A stretch of DNA of 64,000 nucleotides. Origin: Macrostomum hystrix. Taxonomy: Eukaryota; Animalia; Platyhelminthes. The DNA is taken from the NCBI GenBank assembly GCA_950097015.1, contig CATNEN010000002.1, positions 3,410,001 to 3,474,000 of the forward strand. Reading direction: 5' to 3'. Positions 52,158-64,000 of the stretch are shown here, piece by piece (positions within the stretch are counted from its first letter, which is position 1; every line of letters begins with the position of its first letter). The position numbers and the translations under genes were made by a program. Below the pieces are notes generated by a model, which was given only the letters and a program-made list of their open reading frames with translations, was not told the DNA's origin and did not search any database.

Positions 52158-52356
52158 CAGGCTTAAATCCCAATTTCAAGATGCAGTTCGCTCTGACAGT
52201 GAGACACGCAACAATGAAAAATGTTAAACAAATCGATTTGTTAAAATGCAAAGTCACTGGGCCATAGAGTCGCGTGTGAACTTTGAGAAGCCATAGACAA
52301 AAACAAGCCATGAGCACAGTTCACAGTTTGCCATGGACAAAACTCATTTATGCCGG

Positions 52357-55300
52357 CTACAAAACCCAGTCCAGTGTGGCAGTCAGCAGGTTCAGGCAAG
52401 TCCTGTGAATGTCTCCGTCGACATCGAAGCCGTCAGCCGTCTGGTTTGGTTGCTGTCCATTTCTCTGGCGTCGCGGCACCACCGTGTGGAAATGGCAGGC
52501 GCATTTGCCTGGATGGAACTCTCGGTACCTGGCTGCGGTGAGCCGGAAGGTCGGCAGCACCGAGAAGCCCAGGCTGGCAGCGTGCCAGTGCAGCTGCGAG
52601 TTCCTAGCAGCCAGTCGTTGGGTGACTTCAGCGGTCAGCGGCCGGTGTGTCACGCCGGGCACGCGAATGTGAAAGCCGGGACTCAGGTCCTTCACGATGA
52701 CGGGGGCTGCTAGGCCTAGCCTGGGGGAAGTTATCGTTAAGGTAGGAAGATTAGCTCTGTGAGAAGCCTGCAGGTGCTTGATACGCCTCATCAGTCAATA
52801 TCAGGGAAAAAATGTTTTCGCTTTTGGGCGTTGGGAGAGGAGAGAGGAAGAGGAGACAGGAGAGAAGACAGGGAGAGAAGACAGGGAGAGGAGACACGGA
52901 GAGGAGACAGGGAGAGGAGACACGGAGAGGAGAGAGGGAGATAAGACGGAGAGGAGACAGGGAGAGGAGACAGGGAGAAGAGACAGGGAGAGGAGACAGG
53001 GATAGGAGACTGGGAGAGAAGAGAGGGAGAGGAGAGAGGGACAGGAGACAGGGCGAGGAGACAGGGAGAGAAGACAGGTAGAGGAGACTGGGAGAGGAGA
53101 CAAGGAGAGGAGACAAGGAGAGGAGACAAGGAGAGGAGACAAGGAGAGGAGACAGAGAGGGGAGACGGGAGAGGAGACAAGGAGAGAAGACAGAGAGGGG
53201 AGACAGCGAGAGGAGACAGGTAGAGGAGACAGGGAGAGAAGACAGAGAGGGGAGACAGCGAGAGGAGACAGGGAGAGGAGACAGGGAGAGGAAAGACACA
53301 TGATAGAGAGAGATTAAAGTTGATGCGGCAGCAGAAATCACTATTCTTAGTGCTGGATCCCGTGTACTTGCTTTTCGACTTTCAAATGTCTCTAACAATT
53401 TAGCCGAGAACGAGGTAAAATTGTAAAATTGCACAAGTCGGTTGTGGCAATGCTTCATACAGTGAGCTAAGTCACAGTTTTTACTAGGCAATAATGGATC
53501 GATATTTTTTCTGGGGTCATTTCTGTACTAACTAGATCAATACAGAAGATATGTAATGCAGAATTCAGCATAGCCATTAGTACCCTGATTGCAGCATTGA
53601 ATTTTTGCATCGATTTGGACTAACACACAATTCAATGCAAATTGCGTTTTAGACTGATGCGCGAGTCAGCTGGGTGAATTGGTGTTGAAACTTGAGCTGC
53701 TTTAGCTGAGGACAAAGCGATTTGGGACAATGAGAAACACTAATGACGGACAAATGCAGGGAAGAACAGGGTGAGATAGAGAGAGGAACAGGGTGAGAGA
53801 GAGAGAGAGGAACAGGGTGAGATAGAGAATGAGGAACAGGGTGAGATAGAGAGTGAGGAACAGGGTGAGATAGAGAGAGAAACAGGGTGAGAAAGAGAAA
53901 GAGGAACAGGGTGAGATAGAGAGTGAGGAACAGGGTGAGATAGAGAGTGAGGAACAGGGTGAGATAGAGAGAGGAACAGGGTGAGATAGAGAGAGAGGAA
54001 CAGGGTGAGATAGAGAGAGAGGAACAGGGTGAGATAGAGAATGAGGAACAGGGTGAGATAGAGAGAGGAACAGGGTGAGATAGAGAGAGGAACAGGGTGA
54101 GATAGAGAGAGAGGAACAGGGTGAGAAAGAGAAAGAGGAACAGGGTGAGATAGAGAGAGAGGAACAGGGTGAGATAGAGAGAGGAACAGGGTGAGATAGA
54201 GAGAGGAACAGGGTGAGATAGAGAGAGAGGAACAGGGTGAGATAGAGAAATAGAGGAGCAGGGTGAGAAAGAGAGAGGAACATGGTGAGAAAGAGAGAGA
54301 GGAACAGTATAAGAAAGAGAGGAACAGGGTGAGATAGAGAGTGAGGAACAGGGTGAGATAGAGAGGAACAGGGTGAGAAAGAGAGGAGCAGGGTGAGAAA
54401 GAGAGGAGCAGGGTGAGAAAGAGAGGAACAGGGTGAGAAAGAGAGGAACAGGGTGAAAAAGCAAGATAATTTTTTGTAGCAATAAACGAACCTAATCGAC
54501 CCCCGATATGTTTAGAAATAGATCACATTCGGACAGCCGCGACTCACTGATCCAGCAGTTCTCGAGTCTGCTCAAGATCCGTGCCTGTGAGCCACTGAGC
54601 TCCGCCAATCACAATGGCGGTCTTGTTGAAGCCGCCAGACGCTATTTGTGATCTGGGGTGAAGGGAATTAATGACTGCTCGAGAACTTTAAGTAATGTGT
54701 CAATGAGCTCATGAGATTATTCATGGATTCATGAGCAAATTCGTAAGTGTGGTCATGAGTGAGTGATGAGTGAGGTCATGAGGGAGTGATGAGTGAGGTC
54801 ATGAGTGAGGTCATGAGTGAGGTTAGGAGTGAGTTCATGAGTGAGGTCATAAGTGAGGTTAGGAGTGAGGTCATGAATGAGGTCATGATGGAGGTCATGA
54901 GGTAGGTCATGTGTGAGTTCATGAGTGAGGTCATGAGTGAGGTTAGGAGTGAGGTCATGAGTGAGGTTAGGAGTGAGGTCATGAGTGAGGTTAGGAGTGA
55001 GGTGATGAGTGAGGTTAGGAGTGAGGTCATGAATGAGGTCATGAGGGAGGTCATGAGGTAGGTCATGAGTGGGTTCATGAGTGAGGTCATGAGTGAGGTT
55101 AGGAGTGAGTTCATGAGTGAGGTCATGAGTGAGGTTAGGAGTGAGGTCATGAGTGAGGTTAGGAGTGAGGTCATGAATGAGGTCATGAGTGAGGTCATGA
55201 GTGAGGTTAGGAGTGAGGTTAGGAGTGAGGTCATGAATGAGGTCATGAGGGAGGTCATGAGGCAGGTCATGAGTGGGTTCATGAGTGAGGTCATGAGTGA

Positions 55301-57777
55301 GGTCATGAGTGATGTCATGAGTGAGGTCATGAGGGAGGTCATGAGTGAGGTCATGAGTGAGTTCATGAGTGAGGTTAGGAGTGAGGTCATGAGTGAGGTC
55401 ATGAGTGAGGTCATGAGTGAGGTCATGAGTGAGGTCATGAGTGAGTTCATGAGTGAGGTTAGGAGTGAGGTCATGAGTGAGGTTAGGAGTGAGGTCATGA
55501 GTGAGGTCATGAGTGAGGTCATGAGTGAGGTCATGAGTGAGGTCATGAGTGAGTTCATGAGTGAGGTCATGAGTGAGGTCATGACTGAGGTCATGAGTGA
55601 GGTCATGAGTGAGGTCATGAGTGAGGTCATGAGTGAGGTCATGACTGAGGTCATGAGTGAGGTCATGAGTGAGGTCATGAGTGAGGTCATGAGTGAGGTC
55701 ATGAGTGAGGTCATGAGTGAGGTCATGAGTGAGGTCATGAGTGAGTTCATGAGTGTGGTCATGAGCTCCAGACTCACATGTCCAGGATGTGCCGGAGGCT
55801 GTCCTGGAAGCTGGGTGCCTGGTCCGGCGGCAGCCAGAACTGGGGATAATAAGAGAAGGCCATGACGCTGCGCCCCGCCAGACCTGGGAGCACGAGGGTG
55901 TCATGGGATTTCTCCCATCGATGCAGGCTGCCGTTGGCCTCTCGGTAGAGCGAGAACATCAGGCCGCGCAGGGTTGAGTCGCCTAGAAAGACGACCTGCG
56001 GTCGGACCGGGGTTAGTTGCTAGGCTGATCAGTTTTGTGTCACTTCCCATTTGTAGGAATCCATTAGCTCATTGGTAGCGCAGCGTAAAAATTTATGATT
56101 CCCGGGAATATTTGATGACAATCTGATCTGGGGTCAGCGCCAACTCTTGCTTTACGACCCTGAGCAGAATTTATCTGTCTGCCCGGCTCTCCGATTATTG
56201 CGAGCTCCGAACTGAACTTTTTCATTTTATGAGGACAAGCTAGCAAGAATATGGACTTGGCAACATAGCTGCAATGGGCAGCATAGGCATCAACATCATT
56301 GTTCACTCGATAATTATCGGATCACGTTCCAGCTCATCTGAGCACACTAAAGTGCAGAGCGAACTTAAATACAATTGAGAGTAAGAGTACGTGAGCACAC
56401 TGCTCTGAATTTGAGTACAGTTGAGCGCATTTGAGCACACTACAACGAATTTTATTTTTTTTGAGCACTCTAGAGCACAGCTAGTTAAGAGTATTTGAGC
56501 ACTCTTGAGAACAGCTAGTTAAGAGTATTTGGGCACTCTTGAGAACAGCTAGTTAAGAGTATTTGAGCACTCTTGATAACAGCTAGTTAAGAGTATTTGA
56601 GCACTCTTGAGAACAGCTAGTTAAGAGTATTTGAGCACTCTTGAGAACAGCTAGTTAAGAGTATTTGGGCACTCTTGAGAACAGTTAGTTAAGAGTATTT
56701 GGGCACTCTTGAGAACAGCTAGTTAAGAGTATTTGGGCACTCTTGAGAACAGCTAGTTAAGAGTATTTGGGCACTCTTGAGAACAGCTAGTTAAGAGTAT
56801 TTGAGCACTCTTGAGAACAGCTAGTTAAGAGTATTTGGGCACTCTTGAGAACAGCTAGTTAAGAGTATTTGAGCACTCTTGAGAACAGCTAGTTAAGAGT
56901 ATTTGAGCACTCTTGAGAACAGCTAGTTATGAGTATTTGGGCACTCTTGAGAACAGCTAGTTAAGAGTATTTGAGCACTCTTGAGAACAGCTAGTTAAGA
57001 GTATTTGAGCACTCTTGAGAACAGCTAGTTAAGGGTATTTGGGCACTCTTGAGAAAAGCTAGTTAAGGGTATTTGAGCACTCTTGAGCACATTTGAGCTC
57101 AGACTCTGTGAAAGTTGAACTCATCCGACGATTTAAATCTCAACTAACCATGGCATAACTCATAGAATGGAAAACCTGATCCCTTGATGAATCTCTGAAC
57201 CATCCATCTCTGACTCACCCGAACTCCGTCCAGTCGCCGACGCAGCCTCCGCTGGTCCGGATGCTTCGCCCGACAGTCGGGGTGCCACCACCGTGCGAGT
57301 CGCCAGGCGCAGGTCTCCGGTGCGTCGCAGCTGGCGCAGGGAATCTGCCACCTGGCACCTGGAGATGGGCGGGACAGGCGGCTAGTTCTGGGGTGGCTGG
57401 AGTGACAGGCGGCTGGTTCTGGAGTGGCTGGAGTGACAGGCGGCTGGTTCTGGGGTAGCTGGAGTGACAGGCGGCTGGTTCTGGGGTGGCTGGAGTGACA
57501 GGCGGCTGGTTCTGGGGTGGCTGGAGTGACAGGCGGCTGGTTCTGGGGTGGCTGGAGTGACAGGCGGCTTGTTCTGGGGTGGCTGGAGTGACAGGCGGCT
57601 TGTTCTGGGGTGGCTGGAGTGACAGGCGGCTTGTTCTGGGGTGGCTGGAGTGACAGGCGGCTTGTTCTGGGGTGGCTGGAGTGACAGGCGGCTTGTTCTG
57701 GGGTGGCTGGAGTGACAGGCGGCTTGTACCGCCACCCCAGGCGGTAGATGGGGTGACATATGGACAGCCGGGAAGGC

Positions 57778-57814
<37 letters not shown>

Positions 57815-57937
57815 GTCATACAAACAGACAGACAGACAGACAGACAGTCAGACAGACAGACAGTCATACAAACAGACAGATAGACAGACAGAGAGACAGA
57901 CAGTCATACAAACAGACAGACAGACAGACAGACAGTC

Positions 57938-57976
<39 letters not shown>

Positions 57977-58033
57977 TAGAGAGACAGACAGACAGACAGT
58001 CATACAAACAGACAGACAGACAGACAGACAGTC

Positions 58034-58068
<35 letters not shown>

Positions 58069-58125
58069 TAGACAGACAGACAGACAGACAGTCATACAAG
58101 CAGACAGACAGACAGACAGACAGTC

Positions 58126-58168
<43 letters not shown>

Positions 58169-61100
58169 TAGAGAGACAGACCCTAATCTTCAGATCATAT
58201 TTCCTCCCCTCATGTCTCACATATCTGTTCGCCAACCTCGCAGGCCCATCATGTCATCCTTAGTATCAGTGGCATTAATTATTCCTTTTGATGTCATCAA
58301 CTAATAATATCTTTCTTCCGTGCGAAATCCCATATCATTTCAAGGACAGACTAATGACTGGGCTAATAAACTTCCAGACTACAAGGCTGTAGATTGCTTA
58401 GCAGCATGAATAATAATAGTAGATAAATGAATCTAGTATGATTGCGGATTTTTCATGGACTGAACAAAGTTGTACACAGACACTGCAAGCCAATGATGTA
58501 TGATGTGTATGATTCCTATTTAATTTAATTAACACTTTCGTTATACACATTTGCACAATGGTCTGTGCCACCGTTTGATTATAAGCAGCAGGCAGCACGT
58601 ACGAATTGGCATTTTGAAGTGGCCGATCCCACAACTTGCCATCGCTGTGGAAATCCCACAAGAGGCACTCACTGCAGGCACTGTATGTGCTTCTGATCTG
58701 GGCCAGCTCAAACTTGCTCGCGACAGAACAATGTCTCATTTCTACATGAAATACGACTGCTGAGTAATGGCCAGAAAGGCCAGGTGATTTCCTGTGACAG
58801 TGCTGTGTTTGCTTGACCCCCGCCCCGACCATCGACTGGGGCACTCAGCTTTTGGCTTTCCCCCAAAGCTTTCATTCTTTTTCATGGCTCGCTTTTTTTC
58901 ACTGAAAACCCACTAACCAGTTTCAGTTTTTTACTATTATTCGGCAAGGTCATTGTCGGCTTCTTTTGTTCCGACTGCGAGGTAGAGTTTTGATGTTTTC
59001 CTGGTCTCACTCTCAAATTTTCCTAATCATCCGGGGAACATTTTTACTTTTGTTGTATATTAGAAAAAGGAATAGTAAAAGTTCTCAATGTTTTGTTTTA
59101 CTGAGCAAGAAAGAGCGTGAAAGAAACACCGGAAATTCAGAATTACGTTTAGGATTTTAACAAATACACTGTACAGTTTCAAAGAAAGCAATAATAAAAA
59201 TTTTAAAGTAATTATATGAAACGCAATGGAATATAAAAACGAATATAACACCGGAAGAACGATGACGTAATTAAAACCGGAAAATCAAAGTAGCAGCACT
59301 ATAAATATTTGGGACTAGAGTTGCCAAAACAGCAACAATTTCTTTGCTTAGAAAGTAATTTCTAAAAACTCGTAACACCGGAAGTGCCAAGAATTTCTTA
59401 CCGCTGGCCAGTTGGCTGAGGTGGCAGTCGGGCAAGCTTCTTCGCACCCTCTGGTGCAGCCACTGCGGCCAGCTGAGCTGCTCAGTTGTTTCAGAGGCCA
59501 GTCCGCACTGCTCGCCCTGGCTGTGCACAAAGTCGCACTCCTGCATCCAATTTGGGAGAATAGCAAAATCTTACTTTTTGATTTTGAAGTAATGGGAAAG
59601 AAAAGACGTATCACATTTCCCTTCGCCATCCGTCATTGTGCAAGCGATCCCTGTCGTCAGTTTCAATGCCTGAAGGCTGGAGAGCGGAAGCCAGGCTCAA
59701 CTGGCCTCCTTCCCCAGGTAGAAAAGAGCAGGTAAAGATTGAGCTGGCGAAGCTGAGCGATCTCAAATACCCAATTTGCGATGCCGTTGCTGGAGCTGCT
59801 CGCAAGCAGTGATTAGCACCGTGCGGCACACAGGCCCCTACCCAATGCCCCCATCATCTCCATTCATTGTTGCCTTCATTTTTAATGGCCTTTTTCTTGC
59901 TAGATAAAGAGACGAGGAGGACGAAATGTGAACCTGAGATGCGGCACAGGGAGCTGCAAACGTTGAGCATTAGGCGAGAAATCTAAGGTGAGCAGTCTTT
60001 TGTTTGGCTTAGTTTAGGGAAATTTAGAATGTTCGCCAGTGATTGAGCTCATGATAAGCAGATCACGCAGCCAGGTGCATTGTAAACCCCAGTTTTACCT
60101 GCTACACACTGTGATCCATTCGTTACAATATTCGTTACTATTCTCTATCTATCGCGTTTGCTCATACATTAGCGATCTTTTATCGTTACTTTAAGAGAAA
60201 AAAGCGACTATTTAAGAAAAAAACGTTTTATTAGTATTAACGTGAAAGTGTACACTGGGTGACATTTGCCTGCGTACAGGGTAAAAATATTCTAATTAGG
60301 ATTAATTAGCAGCCCTTACCTGAATCAGCTGACAGACCCGGAGCTCGGCGGCCTCGTTGTGCGATTTCACCGACCTCAACTGCGGCCGAGCCAGTCGGCG
60401 AATGTGCAGCTGAATGCGCCGGCCGCTACCGACGCCGCCGCCTTTTCGAGTCGGCGAAGACACGGACTTCGGCCGGGCCAGAAATGTCAGGGAGTTCGGC
60501 CCCAGACCGAGCGAGAAGTTGGCCACGCTGTGATTCGAATGAGAAGCTGATTGGAAGACTGCACTCACCTTTTGACAAGACCCCTGTTTATATCCTCTCC
60601 CATCTGTTTAACTGGAAGTCACACCGGCTTATCCTGTTTATCTAAGAATTGCACCTGTTAATTCTGAAAACATACCTTTCTATCCATGAACTGCACCTAT
60701 TTATCCAGAAATCACACCAGTTTATCTAGGAATCACACCAGTTTTTCTAGGAATCACACCAGTTTATCTAGGAATCACACCAGTTTATCTAGGAATCAAA
60801 CCAGTTTTTCTAGGAATCAAACCAGTTTTTCTAGGAATCAAACCAGTTTTTCTAGGAATCACACCAGTTTTTCTAGGAATCAAACCAGTTTTTCTAGGAA
60901 TCACACCAGTTTATCCAGAAATCACACCAGTTTATCTATGAATTGTACCTGTTTATCTATGAATTGCACCTGTTTATCCAGAAACCACACCTGTTTATTT
61001 AAGAATCGCACCTATCTATCCACTCACCTAGTCTTCAAGTCGACATCGCCGTGACTCAGAAGGCAGTCAATCTCGCTGCCCTGAACAGGCAGAAATGTGA

Positions 61101-61169
61101 CCTCAACGTACAGGATATGAAACGGGGCCCTGAGCCTGTACGCATCCGATGGAGAGTCACTGGACCAGG
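52357..61169 (-). CDS. CPED1: CPED1-like (cadherin-like and PC-esterase domain), 3' part; exons 61028-61169, 60320-60527, 59402-59540, 57219-57358, 55778-55995, 54548-54652, 52357-52720; 5' exons lie further right and are unresolved
   Basis: Motifs match CPED1: ANFSLGLGPN, RWQIPCASC..CAW, VVFLGDSTLRG, FSYYPQFW, IVIGGAQWL, RYREFHPGKCACHFH. GT-AG introns with phases 2,0,1,0,2,2. Confidence 0.88.
52825..54455. repeat. Two purine-rich arrays in the last CPED1 intron (GAGAGGAGACAGG-type 52825-53295; GAGGAACAGGGTGAGATAGA-type 53755-54455)
   Basis: Direct reading. Confidence 0.92.
54750..55765. repeat. 12-bp minisatellite TGAGGTCATGAG in a CPED1 intron
   Basis: About 85 copies; the variant GTTAGGAG gives CTAAC on the sense strand. 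Confidence 0.96.
56470..57090. repeat. 34-bp minisatellite GAGCACTCTTGAGAACAGCTAGTTAAGAGTATTT
   Basis: About 18 copies. Confidence 0.96.
57372..58180. repeat. 31-bp GACAGGCGGCTGGTTCTGGGGTGGCTGGAGT array (57372-57727) and (GACA)n (57776-58180)
   Basis: Direct reading. Confidence 0.95.
60700..61010. repeat. 21-bp minisatellite AGGAATCACACCAGTTTWTCT
   Basis: Direct reading. Confidence 0.9.
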
Positions 61170-62165
61170 CTGAAATTAATGGCAGCAGATCGTTTATTGA
61201 GATTGCGAACCTCATCGCTCTGAGCTGGCTGCTATGCGTTACTCAGCTTATTTTCACTAGAATTTTATGACTAAACGAGTTAACGACTTTGCGATATTTT
61301 GTCGGTTCTTGCGCACGGGAGGCCAATAAAAAGTGGATGTTTGTAGATATAAAAGTACAATTTTATTAAAATCCGATAAATTTTTTTTGATTAATCGATT
61401 CTGATGATAACATTCTGATAGGCAGTAAATAGACTTGAAGCCAATCATAATTGGAAGCATCTGTGACATCTACCCAACCTGCGCAGGTGACGGCTGGCTG
61501 CTAATTGAATTAAAAATCTTTTTAGTGCATTTCCAGAAGTGCCCACACCACACAACCATCCCTCCTTCATCTAGTTCCAGACAGAGAAGTCTGTGAGAGT
61601 CAAGGAGTGAGAATCTCACACTCCTCTGTGTGTGTGGGAGAAGTGTGAGTGCCATGTGAGCACTCGAAAACTTCTTTTTTAGACTAGTCAGGCCTCACAA
61701 GAAGATACAGAACAGCAGACTCATGAGGGCCTGGTGTACAAGTTCTGGCCCCCTCTCCCTACCCTTGCAGCCGCGACTGTCCCAGCTTTAATGGGGTTTT
61801 AGCCACCCGGCGGAATCCCCTTTGCAGGCCTCCTCTCGGCTTTCTATCACCCTCTCTTTCTACATTTTTCCCTTTGCCACCCCATTTCCTCTTTTATCCT
61901 CCACCTCACTCCACTCCCACGCTGAGGGAGTTCGTTTGTGTCCCAAGCGCTGGCCTTTGCGGATGTGACTCCCAGTAGGAAATGTGCGAGCACAGCAGGT
62001 TGGTTCTGTTCCCTGATTAATAAACTGGCGCCAACCATCTCAGTTTGGCTTTATAATAATTTGTTTAAATAAACTCGTCTTAACAAAATGTTCGCGAAAG
62101 CGATGATCGCATTGGCGTAACCACCAAGGCCCGTCAGATCGACTGAGTATTTGCGAGGCTTCTAA

Positions 62166-62250
62166 TGACGATGAGAAAGTCAGGTCAGATGTGCTCACCT
62201 GGGTGACAAGCCTCCAAGACTTCCCTACGCGACTGCGCCCCATAATGAAT
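62166..62250. mobile_element. SINE family A fragment with internal inversion
   Basis: Sense mid-body GACGATGAGAAAGTCAGG.CAGATGT followed by the antisense 5' body GACAAGCCTCCAAG...GCGCCCC. Confidence 0.5.
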
Positions 62251-64000
62251 ATGGCACCCTGAACTGCTGATTCAGTCATGGCAATGCTTCCTTTATTTTT
62301 AGCTGAGGCCTCCGCAGAGCCAGAGAGAAAAAGCGGCCTGACACCGACTTCCTGGAGGAGCCCGGCGGCTCAGAGGGGCGCAACAGCTGTCGCATCGATC
62401 CAGGGATTTATGGCAGTTCTTCCTTTGTCACTCGCTCCCTTTCACTACTTCCTCCTCTGTCTTCCATTTCCCGTGGTCTCGGCGCCTCGCGCATGCTGAG
62501 GTAATGCAATATAAGCACTCACTGGCCCCCGCTTACGTTTGCAATTCGATTTCTCATCAACAACAGCAGCGCTAGCATTCTAAGCGAAATTTCTGCCCCC
62601 CGTCTATTTCCGTTTGCTTCCATCAAATTTGCTTTTGCCACCTCCCCTCGACTCTCACCATGGAAGCCGCGCGCAAGGGGCCATCATCTCGCATATCCAC
62701 TCCCGCCCGCCCGTGTTTGCTGCCCGCTGCTCTCTCGGCCCGCTTATCCGCCCGACGACGCTTTCCATCATCGTGTCGCCCGATGGTTTGTGGGGCCGGG
62801 ACAGATACGGGGGATGCTTGAGCCGGGTCCCCCGTGTCATCTGCTGCTCGTCCCACCGCTTGGCTTGGCCTCCGAAACACGCACTCACACACACCACAGC
62901 ACTGCCCCAGCCGGCCCCACTAACTCATGTGCCGGGCTGCTCCTCGTTTCCGACCCACCCCCCTCCGGACTATATCAGCAGCCTCTTGGTCTGGTTTTTA
63001 TCCCCAATTCCTTCTAGTCTATCGCCTCGTTCCTCGCTGGCTCTTTTTTCGCCCGTCTCCTGCCTCAGCCCCTATCTCAAGGGGGGTGAAGAGGCCGGGA
63101 GTCAAATCCGGGGAGAGCCTCCATTTCTCATATCTCTTTCTCTCTCTCCGATGCCTCATCATCGAGACCTCGGAGCTCGGTGGGGAGCTGCTGTTGAAAC
63201 TGGGGTGAGGAGGTTGTAGGCAGGGAATGAGTTGCCCCCCGCCCCAACTCATACGGCATCTCAGCTTGGTGTCAACTTTCGGGGCAAGTGCAACGAGCAA
63301 ATCCAACAGTATGAAGCTGCTGCTGCTGCTGCTGCTTCGCGAACATGAACAAGTGGGCATGGGAAATTCCTACTGGTGCCTCCGGCTGCGGTAAGAAGAT
63401 CCACCAAGTGGTTGTTGTGAGGGGTGTAACCGTTTTCATGAATAAGCAATCGTGGGATCCTGACAAGACGTGCGCAAATATAGAAATCCAAAACAGTAGG
63501 CAGAACATTGCAGAGTTTATTATCAAAATATAGCTTTCACAAATTTCTCAATTGTTTGACGGTTGCTGGATAAACCTTTGAGAGCAAATCTCATTGAGTT
63601 CTCTGCGCGACCTGACAACTGCACCACCCACCTGCCCATCAGACGGACTGACAGTTGAACTTTTCTAATTGTTGGCAACTCCAAGCAACTGTTAACAACA
63701 GCAAATTCCTGCACTTTTATCGGCGGTGATGGACTTAGAGATTCAGAACACGAGAAAGATAGAACGAGGCGAGGGTCGGGACCCGGAATTGGCTATTTTC
63801 TTGTTCCGTCACGCAGCAGCGAAGGCTTTTTGAGTGAGTTGGCACAAGAGTGCAGCCAGGCGGGCTTGCAAAGTTGCCGCACGAGGAGGATTTTGACTTC
63901 GAATGATGCTGATGCTGTACTTGCAAAGACGTACTGGCTAGTCTCAACGTAGACTACGAAAGAAAAGTGCACGCACCCTATTCTTGCCAGTTCGCACCTG

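Noticed and set aside
58673-58742. Extra CPED1 exon candidate (MRHCSVASKFELAQIRSTYSAC)
   Set aside because: Exons 59402-59540 and 57219-57358 join in phase and match CPED1 spacing without it; it cannot be excluded as an alternative exon.
59666-59812. 48-aa antisense ORF with a good acceptor in a CPED1 intron
   Set aside because: No upstream exons or homology found; compatible with chance.
61200-64000. Upstream CPED1 exons
   Set aside because: Several candidates (around 63250-63360 and 62050-62170) but none with convincing motif support.

Overview
Eukaryotic, intron-rich genomic DNA. GC-rich exons, AT-rich spacers and minisatellite-stuffed introns suggest an invertebrate such as a Macrostomum-like flatworm; this is inference from style only. 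I rebuilt five spliced genes by hand with GT-AG boundaries and consistent phases: LENG8/THP3 (SAC3-GANP family, minus, 6 coding exons, 594 aa); MUS81 (plus, 10 exons, 911 aa), head-to-head with LENG8; a CCDC190-like two-exon gene; an uncharacterised two-exon coiled-coil gene; and the 3' part of CPED1 (minus, at least 7 exons). Positions 1-18.4 kb probably hold further exons that I could not assemble or name. Mobile DNA: a young 5'-truncated RTE LINE with an 11-bp TSD, a MULE-like MITE with a 10-bp TSD, a second degenerate TIR element, and two tRNA-derived SINE families. The dominant feature is about 40 distinct tandem arrays. 15 of 16 mapped introns over 300 bp carry their own minisatellite, while none of the 6 introns under 200 bp does. 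Several units contain splice-site motifs or hairpins, and two LENG8 intronic arrays share an inverted 14-mer that brackets a frame-preserving exon block. Most long ORFs in the supplied track are artefacts of these repeats.
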